Below, piece after piece: positions 21,701 to 31,444 of a stretch of 64,000 nt of DNA. Every line of letters starts with the position of its first letter. The first letter of the stretch is position 1. Origin of the DNA: Spirochaetia bacterium (lineage in GTDB: Bacteria > Spirochaetota > Spirochaetia > DSM-2461); contig CAXXIA010000002.1 of assembly GCA_963666985.2 (NCBI GenBank), forward strand, positions 1,408,001-1,472,000, in the 5' to 3' direction. The translations under genes and the position numbers were made by a program. The notes beneath the pieces are model-generated. The model did not search any database. It was not told the DNA's origin and saw nothing but the letters and a program-made list of their open reading frames with translations.

Positions 21701-22697
21701 AATCATGAAAAGAACACTGCATATAGCGTTCCACAAATGATTCGGCCGCCTCGGCATAGGGGGCCATTGCTCTCATCAAATCCGCGGCGGCGGCGGCCAA
21801 GGCGGCCGTTTCACCGCTCAGGCCGGCAGGCGGCGCTGCAAGACATTGTTCGGCGGCTTTCAGAAAATCCGAAACATGAGAGTCGTTTTCATAAAGAATT
21901 TCCGAAAGCCGCGCGATTCCCCGAATCCCCCGGCAGGAGCAAAGCCTCTCCTTTATAACTTTCAGAGTGCCTTCCTGCTTTTTTTTCCCGATTCCCTCAT
22001 TAATGAATTCTCCCAGAGCCTCCGTGCTCCAGTCGGGATTAAAAAGCGCGTCCGAGGCCTTTGAAAGAACGCTGTCCGGCTCGGCCGAAGAATCGGCGAA
22101 AGCGGCGAACGCCGCCGATTCGGCATCCGAAGGACGCACGTCCGCTCCCGGCGGGAATTCGTCTTGTATCAGAGAAGAAGTAATCCCCCCCACAAGAGCA
22201 TCGAGACCTTTGGCCTTCCGATAGGCCGTTCGAAACACTTCCCCATCGATATCGGAGGGCCTCAAACCGGCAATCCAGGAACGGGCCTCCGCTTGTTCCA
22301 AAAACCCGCCGGTAATCAGTTCCTGCTTGAACGGCGCCGAACACTCGAACGGCCAGGTTCCCAGAACCGTCTGACAAAAACCGTGGATGGTATAAATCGG
22401 CGCCTTGTCGAAATCGGCCAGGGCCCGGCGGCAGCGTGCCCTCTCCGCCTCCGGTCTTACATCCTCGCTCGCACGGTCGGACAACAATCCTCGAATGCGT
22501 TCCTTCATCTCCCGGGCGGCCCTGTTGGTAAATGTCACCACAAGGATTTCATCAATCTTCAAAGGATTCGAATCCCGTCCGACCAGACGCGTCACCATTC
22601 GTTCAAGGGCGTACGTTTTCCCGGTTCCGGCCGAAGCCTCCAGAAGCAGCAGGCCTTCCAAAGGTCCGTTTTCCGGGTCGTAAATCGGCAGGCTCAC
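18705..22697 (-). CDS. recB: Exodeoxyribonuclease V beta subunit (helicase-nuclease)
   Basis: EASAGTGKT, TFTNRAARE, TIHGFC, DEFQDTD, GDPKQSIYGFRG, MTMHTAKGLEF and nuclease motif GFIDL...LDWKTN. Confidence 0.93.
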   Translation of the reverse strand: MSLPIYDPENGPLEGLLLLEASAGTGKTYALERMVTRLVGRDSNPLKIDEILVVTFTNRAAREMKERIRGLLSDRASEDVRPEAERARCRRALADFDKAPIYTIHGFCQTVLGTWPFECSAPFKQELITGGFLEQAEARSWIAGLRPSDIDGEVFRTAYRKAKGLDALVGGITSSLIQDEFPPGADVRPSDAESAAFAAFADSSAEPDSVLSKASDALFNPDWSTEALGEFINEGIGKKKQEGTLKVIKERLCSCRGIRGIARLSEILYENDSHVSDFLKAAEQCLAAPPAGLSGETAALAAAAADLMRAMAPYAEAAESFVERYMQCSFHDFAKKEVSERVENLKNRSGEWSYADLINRVVEAVAEPGSSLKRLLRGRYRAALIDEFQDTDPLQWGLFRDIFHTSDHFLCLIGDPKQSIYGFRGTDLRAYSDARDVVPQAGLFRLGTNYRSKPPLVSLVNRLFSPVFSRSSDGSRTLGFTPVAAGKTKNDELLWHDHAPLTLLDIPGDKVEEVKSSASAAIVSEIRRILDPDSGARWRRADDGSEEPVRPSDIAVLTRGRDDEEMLLESLLCAGIPAQRIRSLSVLDRPEAEIAAVLMEAFEEPHNIARWRSVLLGDCFRVPPDLLKKFEDAGRLDAFVERGGQWRLLFRDGRSAEVFDDFFRFARHMGDWAAEEGRSDQSRRLGRPWEHRLLTSPGGLRSWNDWRHILELIQANQAAGMNDIHSLVRRIRRDGSSGDPEGREDAVRLASEEPSVRVMTMHTAKGLEFPLVFLHGGYKSNRAAPSENPYRFEENGRLVIDRLHRKENKLKNLAYEWEEEKRLWYVAFTRASTKIWLPRPTMSGSVLAVESFLDAALSEGDAAAAEEMSGGKAAENSASGIADSAAESGITADSQAFGAAGWTEDAGWEVAASGGTGQSSPGSAAAAPSAGRLSLPPHLTVTARKDVPVFREKLSAKLENLAADPESGVSLAIGDISPPPSLPVSPTAPPKAAPLPPGPCGDRDPQTNSYTSLVRLLHDSEDGAAAPGAGIAGKGELRDRDVDAADEDVGAMPTEGAGTYGAAVNAVGADAADSGTILSADEAVGINKEETVPLPEDRGALFGTLIHALFEECDFQAAAGDESAWFEDKKRDRLFEEISRRYYPPEWYRYRSQPLKALVRSVLRCSIPGIGRLCDIDARFRRAEVEFLMSVPRDANLPVADQKLFLKNGYLKGFIDLLIRTGDSWWVLDWKTNLPMGSLSVDAYDGSGCAALMEHHHYRLQSEIYLLALCRTLSARRGGAVDWENEIGGAAYLFVRGMREGDSQGVDVNKPELERMLSLASSMGLEGVIS

Positions 22698-25600
22698 AGC
22701 AGTCCTCCCCCGAGATACAACTCTTCCCAGGCCCGGCGAAAAGCCCCTCCTTCAAAATCCGGATTCGTCAGGAACCGCCGCCGCCAGGAGCAGTCACGAA
22801 GAGCTGAATATGGAGTTCGGGTGTCGGAAAGAATCCCGTTCCATGCTGCAAGCGCGGCATCGGCAAGGAATTCGCCCGCTGCCGGAGAGGAGAAAACCGC
22901 CTCTTTTCCGTTCAAACCCGCCCCGCCTCCGGAGCCCGCTCCGCCGCTTATACCGGATTCGGCGGACTTGAGCCCCTCGGTTTTCTTCAAGCCGCTTCCC
23001 TTCCCGGAACCCGCGCCGCCCTTGAAAATCTTTTCGGCCAGCTCCGGATACAAAGCCAGGGGCGAGGCGCTCCCGTCCCGAAAAACGCGAACCAGTGAGC
23101 GCAGAATGGCGGCCGGAGATTCCAGAACGCTCTTCTCGCCGCCGGCCTTCTCCGGAACATCCCGGGAATCGAAATAATACCGGCGCGCCGCGAAATCATG
23201 GGCTCCCAGCCGAAAAACGCGAATTTCCTTCGGCCGTCTTACACCCAGGGCGGCCCCTAAAACAACGGCCCTTACCCAACCGCTCAGGTTATGTGAAGTC
23301 CGGATGTTCTGCGAAGGAACGAACTCCAGAAGCGTCCAGACCGAACTGTCGGGACCTTCCGGCCCGTTCAGGAAACGCAGGCCGTCCATCAATCCGATTA
23401 CCGCTGCAGGCGGCGCACCGGCGGGCGAAACGATGGGCGCGGGAATAATCAGCGGGGAGCGCGATGAGACTCCGGCGGTATCCGTAGAAAACCGGCTCCC
23501 ACCCGCGACTCCGGCGCCCAGTCCGCCGGCCGCTACTTCACCGCAAATCCCGCCTGCGGCGCCCGCCGCCCCCGAGAAACCTCCGGCCGCCGACCCGGCG
23601 GCCGGACCTATAGCCGCACCCGAATCCGCCGAAAACCGCCCGCCGGCCTCCAGTCTGCAGGCAAAAGACTCTCCAAGATCCAACCCCTCCCGAAGCAGAC
23701 GATCAAGCTGTTTGGCCATGGCTTCGGCATCGCTTCGCCACTCTTCGGCCTGCAGACCGCGGGCTGCCGAATCGGCCACCGCGCCCTCGGCCGAAAGCCT
23801 CTCCCGGAAGGAATCCACCAGATCCTTCGGGACGCTTTAAAAGTTCCGGATTCCCGGTAATCGCATCGGATCGCCACTTCCACCAATCCAGGCTTTCGGC
23901 CTCAAGAACATCATCGTCACTCCGGTCCTCCTCTTCGCTTTCGAAGGAAGCCCCGACTCTCCGCCGAAAAAAGAACTCAACCGGATTCTTCAGGAACGTA
24001 ACCAAATCGCGCCAGTCGATCATCTCCTCATCGTCCATGGGAAGAGACGAAGAAACCGTTTGGAAAAAGCCGACCCCCTCATAACGAACGCGGGCAAGTT
24101 CGAAAGCCTGAAGCGAAGAGGATGCCGCCGGTCCTTCGCCGCTCATGGCGTCGAAAGGATTCAGAGGATGCTTCACAACGAGTTTCTCAGCTTCGGGACC
24201 GATGTGTTCCATGAGTTCAAGCACGGGCGAGGAGGGCGCCGTTTTATCGCCGCGCTCCGCGTCCCGGCCGGTATAGAAGAGGGAAAGATGATCCTCGGCT
24301 GAGAAAATCGTTTCAAGAAGGGCGAAGCGATCCACCGATTCGCGCGAGAGATCAATAACCTTGGGCACCCTGTCGCGAAAATCGAATCCCGGGGTTCTCT
24401 CCGTTTTCGGCCACACGCCCTCATCCAGGCCAAGCACGTAAATGCGGCGGAACGGAATGGCCCGCATGGGCTTAAGGGAAGCGCAAGTGACTCCTCGCGC
24501 CAAATAGCGGCCGCGCCGTTTCGTAACGTTCTCGGCCATCTCGCCCATCAAAGAAGAAAACGCGGTCCAGGACAGCCGCCCGTCGGTGAAATCCGACAAA
24601 TCGTCCACATCGTCGCAAAGCGCCATCAAGTCCCGGAAAATCTTCTTTATCGACAGCCTGTCGGCTTCGTCGTCTTCCTCCTCCCCTTTGCGCGGAAGAA
24701 TCCATTTCTCAACCAAAGACTCCCAGCGCAAGGTCCAGTCCCGGAGTGCGAGATGTTCCTTCTCCAAACCGCGGAAGTCCGCTTCAAGGTCGTCCATCAT
24801 TCTCATCAGAACGCCCGCGGCCTCGGCATCGCCATCCCCGCCGAGATAGGCCGGAAGCAGCTCCGTGCCGTCGCCCTCGTCGAAACAGTACCCGTCCAGC
24901 AGACGCTCGAAGGCGGTCCGCCAGGAACCGATCCTCCCGTCCGCGGCGCCGTTCTCCCTTCGATGATGACCGTCGAGGCCCCAGCGCACGTTGAGATCCG
25001 TTATCAGCCGCCTCCAGATATCCGTGCAGTCGGGATTCCGAACGGCGGGCAGGAAGCACGGGTTATCCAAAAGATCCAAAATGGCGTTCCTTCCGAACCG
25101 CGATCCGGGCAATTCCGCGAGAGCGCGGAACGCCAGAGGATAAGGCGCGTCGGTTCCGGCCGGTAAATCGGTGATGTTGCAGTTCAAATCATCCGGGCCG
25201 CCGCTTCCGCGCGGGGAGGGAAAGATCGTCTCAATGTACGGAGCATACGGGGCAATGTCCGGCGCCAACACGCCGATCTGCGTAGGCGCCAGCGTGGGAT
25301 CGTCCCTTAAAGCTTCCAGAATCCGGTCCTTCAAAACCTCCACCGCCCGCCTGGGGCCCGTTACGTCATGAAAGACCAAAGATCCGTCCGGAACCACGGA
25401 ACCGGTCAAAGGAGCATCCTCGATAAACGACTCGCGAAGCCGATACAGCAGCGGGCCCCGGCCTTCGGAAGCGCGGTCTGAGTGAAAGACCCGCTCCGGA
25501 TGAACCTCTCCATCGGAGACGTTCACGCCGGTGGCCTCCTCGGAAGATTCCGGCCAAAGGCTCATCTGCCCGAAACCGTCCGCTTGGCGGCTGCCACCCG

Positions 25601-26579
25601 ATACGTCCGCCGCTGATTTTAGACCTCCGGCGATGCCGGCTTCCGGGCCGCTCACCTCCAAGTCGGCGCCGTCACTCTCACCACCCGGATGAATCCGCCC
25701 GGGATTGTCCCAAAGGGCCGTTATCTCATCCGGCGCCAAAGACGGAACGAACCTCCCGAAATCCCCCGAAAGGGTACCGCTGCTCTCAAGAAAAGCGGTC
25801 CGTGCTTCACTCCTGATGCTCCCGGCGCCCCAGACTTTCGAAGGCACGAAAATGAAATGATCCACATCCAAATCGTTCGCCAGGTAACGGAAAAACCGCA
25901 GTCCCGTTTCCCCGAGAAACATGGATCCGAAAAGAACGATTCGTCCCGGAGGGCCGCCGTAGGTTTCCCCGGATTCCATAATGGAGGAAAGCAAGCCGCT
26001 CAAATGCCCGTAAGGGGCCTGAGAATGGAAAACCCGTCGCCAAAGAGCCCTTTGCCAGGCCTCGGCCCCGGCATCCGCCGCGGCCGCTTCAGGATAAATC
26101 CCGCCCGCTTCCCAGCATTGAACAAGAGGCAGGCAGTTCATCCCGTAACTGTAAAACAAACCGGCGACGGCATCGCACAGCTGCCAAAGGCGCTCTTCGC
26201 CTTCACCAGTATAAGCCCTCAAGGGGGTATAAACGGGATCGTCTGCGGCCAGAGCTTCGATGAGAGCCTTGTAAAAAACAAGTTTCATGCCGTCCATGAA
26301 AAGAAGGCCCCGGCCGCCTTCCGCCGGGGAACGGAACGGTTCCCCGCTCGGGTAATCCAAGGCAAAAAACCGCAGGGCCTGCTCGGGCAGCAGGATGCGG
26401 GGAGCCATGACCGCGCCGCGAATCGCCGCCAATTTCCGTAAAAGCCACTCACCGAGACCGGCGTTCTGCACAACCGTATACACCGGAGGCGCCAGAGGAT
26501 CCTCCGAAAGAAAAACCCCGTCGAACATTTCGGGAAAAGAAGCCAGACGGGATGATTGATGGAGACGGTAACCGGCCAT
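22694..26579 (-). pseudogene. recC: Exodeoxyribonuclease V gamma subunit, split by a +1 frameshift near 23830 (pseudogene or sequencing error)
   Basis: N-part 23703-26579 has VQNAGLGEWL, IGVLAPDIAPYAPYIE, PMRAIPFR, LGLDEG, DRFALLE and FLKNPVEFFF; C-part 22694-23818 continues in the +1 frame and overlaps the recB start. Confidence 0.85.
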
Positions 26580-26742
26580 GCTTCATGATAACCCGTTGAT
26601 GCGACAATGGAAAACGCCGAAGTACGGCCGAACTCCAAACACTTCTTCGCCGCCGCACGCCTATACGCGGCGGCACAAAGGCGGCGAGTCCCCGGCCGCA
26701 CGGCGGTTCTCAAAGAATCAAAGGAGCGCTATCCTGACTCCC

Positions 26743-27132
26743 ATGTTTACGACGGACCTTACGGTCAGGGACTACGAATGCGATCAGCAGGGCATCGTCA
26801 ATAACGCGGTGTATCTGAATTACCTCCAGCACGCCCGTTTCGAACTCGGCCGGACTATCGGCCTCGACTGGATAGAACTGGCCTCCCGCGGGGTTAATCT
26901 GGTTGTCAGGCGGGTTGAACTGGATTACTTCAAATCTCTTAAAACAGGCGACGAAATCCGAATTTCCGCCGTTCCTTACCGCAAAGGAAAATTCCGCTTC
27001 TATTTTGATCAGGAAATCAGACTTCTTCCGGAAAACGAACTCATCCTGAAAGCTCATTTAACCGTGGCCTGCGTTATCGACGGCAAACCCGCCGCCCCCG
27101 CCGAATTCGACACATGGTTTGGACACCCATAA
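26743..27132 (+). CDS. Acyl-CoA thioesterase (YbgC/4HBT hotdog family)
   Basis: VRDYECDQQGIVNNAVYLNYLQHAR motif. Confidence 0.9.
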   Translation: MFTTDLTVRDYECDQQGIVNNAVYLNYLQHARFELGRTIGLDWIELASRGVNLVVRRVELDYFKSLKTGDEIRISAVPYRKGKFRFYFDQEIRLLPENELILKAHLTVACVIDGKPAAPAEFDTWFGHP

Positions 27133-27205
27133 AGTTCAATTCCGCTCACGAAAAAATCATGATTCCGTGACATTTCCCAAACCGGGAATTAACATAATAG
27201 TCACC

Positions 27206-28294
27206 ATGAACGCTTCGGCACACCTAACGCTGCATCTTTCAAACGCCAGAAAGATTCCATACGAAAACAAAGACAAATGGGTCATCTTCTCCGATCTTCA
27301 TATGGGAAACGGCGGCCGGAAGGACGATTTTGTTTCCAATGCCCAAATGTTTCACACCGTCCTGGAAACATATTATCTTTCAAAAGGCTACAACCTCATC
27401 CTGAACGGCGATATAGAAGAACTCCAGAAATTCACATGGAGGCAAATCACCTCCTCCTGGCGCGAAACATATGATCTGTTCAACGCCTTCGACGCCGAAG
27501 GCCGTCTCTACAAAACGGTCGGCAATCACGATTCCCGGCTCATTCTGGATTTAAAGGATCAATATCCCTATCGGATGGATACCGTTCTGGAAATGACGGG
27601 TCTTGATTTCCCCATCCTTTTCTATCACGGCCATCAGGTTTCGGCCTTTTATGAAAGATTCAACGATATCAGCCGCATCGGTCTTCGCTACTTCGCCACT
27701 CCGCTCGGCATTATGAATTACTCGGTAGCGCACGACAGCCGCAAGCGTCATTCTCTTGAAAAGCGTATCTACGACTACTCCAGAAGAGAACAGATCATTT
27801 CGATAATCGGCCATACGCACCGCCCGCTTTTCGAATCCCTGACCAAAGCCGAAACCATACGCTTCCGCATTGAATATCTCTTAAACAGATACAGAAAAGC
27901 CGCCGATTCCCGGAAAGCGGAAATTGAAAACGAAATAGAGCGGCTGCGCGTGGAACTGGTGGACTGGCGGTCCCGAAAACACTTCAACGAATTACAAAGC
28001 GGCATCTATGCCGAAAACGACGTTCCGGTACCCTGTGTTTTTAATTCGGGTACGGTAATCGGAAAGCGGGGCATGACATGCCTTGAAATTTCCAAAGGGC
28101 GCATTCGGCTTATTCATTGGTTCGATGAAGACACGCAAGATGAATTCATCGACTGGGGAAACCGTGAGATAAAAATCCTTCCCAACGGAAAAATCCACCG
28201 CCTTATTCTTCGGCAGGCGGCAATAGACTATGTTATGGACAGCCTCCGGCTGCTCTCACAACCGGTGGCAAACGCCGGAGAGCAGACTCTCTAA
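27206..28294 (+). CDS. Calcineurin-like metallophosphoesterase
   Basis: SDLHMG, LNGDIE, GNHD, HGH, GHTH and FNSG motifs; start uncertain. Confidence 0.85.
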   Translation: MNASAHLTLHLSNARKIPYENKDKWVIFSDLHMGNGGRKDDFVSNAQMFHTVLETYYLSKGYNLILNGDIEELQKFTWRQITSSWRETYDLFNAFDAEGRLYKTVGNHDSRLILDLKDQYPYRMDTVLEMTGLDFPILFYHGHQVSAFYERFNDISRIGLRYFATPLGIMNYSVAHDSRKRHSLEKRIYDYSRREQIISIIGHTHRPLFESLTKAETIRFRIEYLLNRYRKAADSRKAEIENEIERLRVELVDWRSRKHFNELQSGIYAENDVPVPCVFNSGTVIGKRGMTCLEISKGRIRLIHWFDEDTQDEFIDWGNREIKILPNGKIHRLILRQAAIDYVMDSLRLLSQPVANAGEQTL

Positions 28295-29370
28295 GCCGGT
28301 ATTCTATTCGGCAGGGCCTTAAGCGCCTCGATTTTCTCCGGGACCGACTGGAACCAGTTATACTGCCGCCGGCGTCCGGGACGAACCGTTGAATATTCAA
28401 CGGCGAAAGCGGCAATCAAATCCGCGGTCCTGTCGGTTTCATCATTAAATCGGAACGTCTCAAGCCCCTTAACCGCGCCGGGAAAATCATCAATTCTCGA
28501 AAAGAACTTGGATAGATTCTTCTCAAGATTTCTTATGGAACATCCCATTCCCCTACCGGATAAAGTGAGCATCTTGGCGTTCAAACGCTGTTCGTACTGA
28601 CCTTTCTGCGGAATTGCCAGCACCGGCTTCCCGAGAAAGAGCGACTCGGAAAGAAGCTGATGACCCGCGGGGGCAATCACGCCGCGGCATCCGATGAGAG
28701 CCTCGGTAAAGTCCGAAGACGGATCGGGGAACACTTTGAATCGTTCGTTTGGAAACTTATCAAGAATCGATTGGATAGACTCCCGGGAAGATTCCTTGGT
28801 GTAGACAAGATAATAGTCACCCCGCCGGACATCGGCATCCCGAATTTCCTTGCGGATAATGGGACCGACATCACCTCTGTAAAAGGAGCATATCAGAGTC
28901 CGCTGAGCCGGCGGCATCATCAGAATCGTAACCAATTGGGCAATCCAGGCATCCGGAGAAAGGCTTAAGAATTTCAAGATTACCCCGGGATGATTCAAGT
29001 TGAGAACCGGAACTTCACATTCGGCCGCGGCCCAGGAAGCGTAAGGCTCAAAATCGCTGATAAGCACGGACAAACCATAGCCGCGCATCTTTTGCGACAA
29101 ATCCCGAATATCACGTTTAAACGTCCGAATCGTATTAATCGTCGTAAAAAACGTCTTGAAATAATCAATACCGTGCCCGTTCTTCACGAAATTCAGCGCG
29201 GGCACCGGTTCTATCCTCGCCTCCGGGATATGCTTGAGTATGAAATCTCTTGCCGGTTCCGGGCAGAAATAGACAATTTCATACCGGTCCGCGAGGGCTT
29301 GAGACAAAGCTACGACTCGGGCGGCGTGACCTCGGCCTTCGCCGGCCAGGGAAAAACCGATTCGTTCCAT
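28291..29370 (-). CDS. GT-B glycosyltransferase, MJ1255/VC2487-like
   Basis: GEGRGHAAR, ISDFEP, AGHQLLSESLFLGKPVL and GQYEQRLNA motifs. Confidence 0.85.
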   Translation of the reverse strand: MERIGFSLAGEGRGHAARVVALSQALADRYEIVYFCPEPARDFILKHIPEARIEPVPALNFVKNGHGIDYFKTFFTTINTIRTFKRDIRDLSQKMRGYGLSVLISDFEPYASWAAAECEVPVLNLNHPGVILKFLSLSPDAWIAQLVTILMMPPAQRTLICSFYRGDVGPIIRKEIRDADVRRGDYYLVYTKESSRESIQSILDKFPNERFKVFPDPSSDFTEALIGCRGVIAPAGHQLLSESLFLGKPVLAIPQKGQYEQRLNAKMLTLSGRGMGCSIRNLEKNLSKFFSRIDDFPGAVKGLETFRFNDETDRTADLIAAFAVEYSTVRPGRRRQYNWFQSVPEKIEALKALPNRIPA

Positions 29371-29535
29371 ATTGTAGGAATGTTGTCCTTTTTCGTAACA
29401 TTTCGATGATAATTATGTTAATTTTAGATAAGGATGAAAGAATGATTCACTGTATACTCATCAATACTTGACGCCCGAATGATTTCGTTCTAGATACTGG
29501 GTTCTATCAATAGAAACGCCGGGGAGGGGCATTTC

Positions 29536-30255
29536 ATGATTATGCACATCACCGTATTCGGAACAGGATCCGAGGGTCTGACCATTTCCGTCGGTTTGGC
29601 TATGCTGGGCCACACGGTTACCGCGGTCGACATCAACAAGAGCCGTACCCGCCGTTTCCAGCGGGGCTATTACACCGGAACCGATCCGGAACTCGGCGAG
29701 AATCTGAAACTGGTTTTACGGGAAGGCCTCCTGACGTTTACGTCGGAACCCGAAGAGAGCCTGGCGAAAGCCGATGCCGTCATCATAGCCGGAATCCCCG
29801 GAATTGATCAGGAAATCATGCCCGACAGGGCGGCTGTTCTCAGAACCGCGGAATCCCTGACGGGAGCCATCGCATCCTTTTCCACGGTTATCGTTACCAC
29901 AAGAGTCCCCACGGGAAGTTGCCGCATTCTCCAGGACTGGCTTGAAGACGCTCTTTATACCGGTGCGGCCACGGTTGTCGCCTGCCCCGCTTTCTTCAGT
30001 GAAACAGGAGGGTTAAAAGACTTCCTGAACCCGAACCGCATCGTTCTCGGATATGAAAGTGAAACAGCACGGAGAAACATGGATGAAATCTTCGGGGCCC
30101 TTCTGATCGAAGATCCTCCGGTATGCCACGTTTCCTGGGAAGCCGCGGAAATGATGAGAGATCCCGCGGGCGCCATAGGAACAGCAATTCCGGCTGAAAA
30201 AACAGAAAAAAAATCGGCCCGGAACGCTTACGGCAAAATCGCCCAGCACAGATAA
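29536..30255 (+). CDS. UDP-glucose/GDP-mannose dehydrogenase-like protein, NAD-binding domain only
   Basis: ITVFGTGSEGL...GHTVTAVDIN, TRVPTGS, CPAFFSE and DFLNPNRIVLG; ends where the central domain would begin; GGAGG RBS. Confidence 0.75.
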   Translation: MIMHITVFGTGSEGLTISVGLAMLGHTVTAVDINKSRTRRFQRGYYTGTDPELGENLKLVLREGLLTFTSEPEESLAKADAVIIAGIPGIDQEIMPDRAAVLRTAESLTGAIASFSTVIVTTRVPTGSCRILQDWLEDALYTGAATVVACPAFFSETGGLKDFLNPNRIVLGYESETARRNMDEIFGALLIEDPPVCHVSWEAAEMMRDPAGAIGTAIPAEKTEKKSARNAYGKIAQHR

Positions 30256-30267
30256 AGATTCCCCAGC

Positions 30268-30532
30268 TTATCCACAGGAATAAAGCGGCCCTGTGGATAA
30301 GTATCGGTCCATTACTTCTTCAAGATTCCGTCTACTCTTGAATAAAAAAAACGGAAAACGGACTCCCGTCATTCGGACTTTTTGTGATTTTTTCTTTTTA
30401 TAAGCACGGAATCACCGCCGTATCCCTTTTTTTCACTTAAAGAGAGTCCTCTCGGCGATTATTAACCGCATCAGAGGGCAATGTATGATTATCCACAAGT
30501 TATCCACAGCTTTTTATTTCATCTGTGTATAA
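30268..30532. promoter_or_regulatory. Cluster of five DnaA boxes (oriC-like or DnaA titration/reactivation site)
   Basis: TTATCCACA at 30268, 30489 and 30500; TGTGGATAA at 30292; TGTGTATAA at 30524; AT-rich core; intergenic between convergent genes. Confidence 0.85.
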
Positions 30533-30545
30533 CCCGTATTAGGGC

Positions 30546-31370
30546 TTATTCATCGACGGATTCCGCGCCGGCCTCTTCCACGGGCGAATCCCACTCCCGA
30601 AGCCGGGACATGATAAACTCCAAAACCTGAATATGTTCTTTTTTTCCGCGTCCCGAAGGCATCAGAGGCTCGCCGAACTCAATTCGGCAGGGTTTGTCGA
30701 AATTCAGAGGACCGAAATCCCGAATCAGCTTTCCGGTCCCCCAGAAATCGGTCCGCAGGGCCACGGGAATCACCGGAACACCGGCGCGAAGAGCAAGCTT
30801 TACCGCGAGGCTGTTGAATTTCCTCGGAGTAAAAACATTTTGCCGCGTACTTTCGGGAAAAAGGATAACCGAGACACCTTCGGAAAGAAGGCGGGTTCCC
30901 TCATTCAATACCTGCATTAAATCCTCTCCCGGATGCCGCCTTTCCACGGGTATGGCTCCAAGACGGCGAAGGACTTTCCCGAAAAACGGCGTTTTTAAAA
31001 GTCCTCTCTTCACCACGAACGTCATGGGAATCCGCGACGCGACAAGACCGGGAAGAGCGTTAACCTCGAAGGTGCCCATATGGTTGCACGCGAACACATA
31101 CGGCCCGCCGTCGGCGGGGAAACGGTCCATCCCGACAAAATCCAGAACGGCGCCGAAGCGTTCGGTAATCCGCATTACCCGCAGAGCCTGAAGCGTTACG
31201 CTTTTTTGAGGATTCTTCGTAAAAAGAAATTTAATCCCCGACCAAATAACCAGAATAAGGTATCGGCCGTAGAACCAAAACAATCCGCGAAAGAGTTTCC
31301 GATTTTCGAACCTTCTGTGCCGTTCGGGATCGGTTTGATATCGGTTCCCGGAAACATCGGGTAAATACAC
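30546..31370 (-). CDS. 1-acyl-sn-glycerol-3-phosphate acyltransferase (PlsC family)
   Basis: NHMGTFE (variant HX4D), FVVK, LFPESTR and VPVIPVA motifs. Confidence 0.87.
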   Translation of the reverse strand: MYLPDVSGNRYQTDPERHRRFENRKLFRGLFWFYGRYLILVIWSGIKFLFTKNPQKSVTLQALRVMRITERFGAVLDFVGMDRFPADGGPYVFACNHMGTFEVNALPGLVASRIPMTFVVKRGLLKTPFFGKVLRRLGAIPVERRHPGEDLMQVLNEGTRLLSEGVSVILFPESTRQNVFTPRKFNSLAVKLALRAGVPVIPVALRTDFWGTGKLIRDFGPLNFDKPCRIEFGEPLMPSGRGKKEHIQVLEFIMSRLREWDSPVEEAGAESVDE

Positions 31371-31444
31371 GCTTTAAAGTCCCCCTCGAGATCTACCGGA
31401 TTGAAATCATCGGTACGGCATCGTTCCGAATCGCACTCCGGAAA

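Noticed and set aside
23835..23843. Slippery heptamer T TTA AAG just before the recC break
   Set aside because: It would promote a -1 shift, but restoring RecC needs +1.
30305..30325. DnaA-trio-like run (CCATTACTTCTTC) next to a DnaA box
   Set aside because: Too short and degenerate to support an unwinding element on its own.
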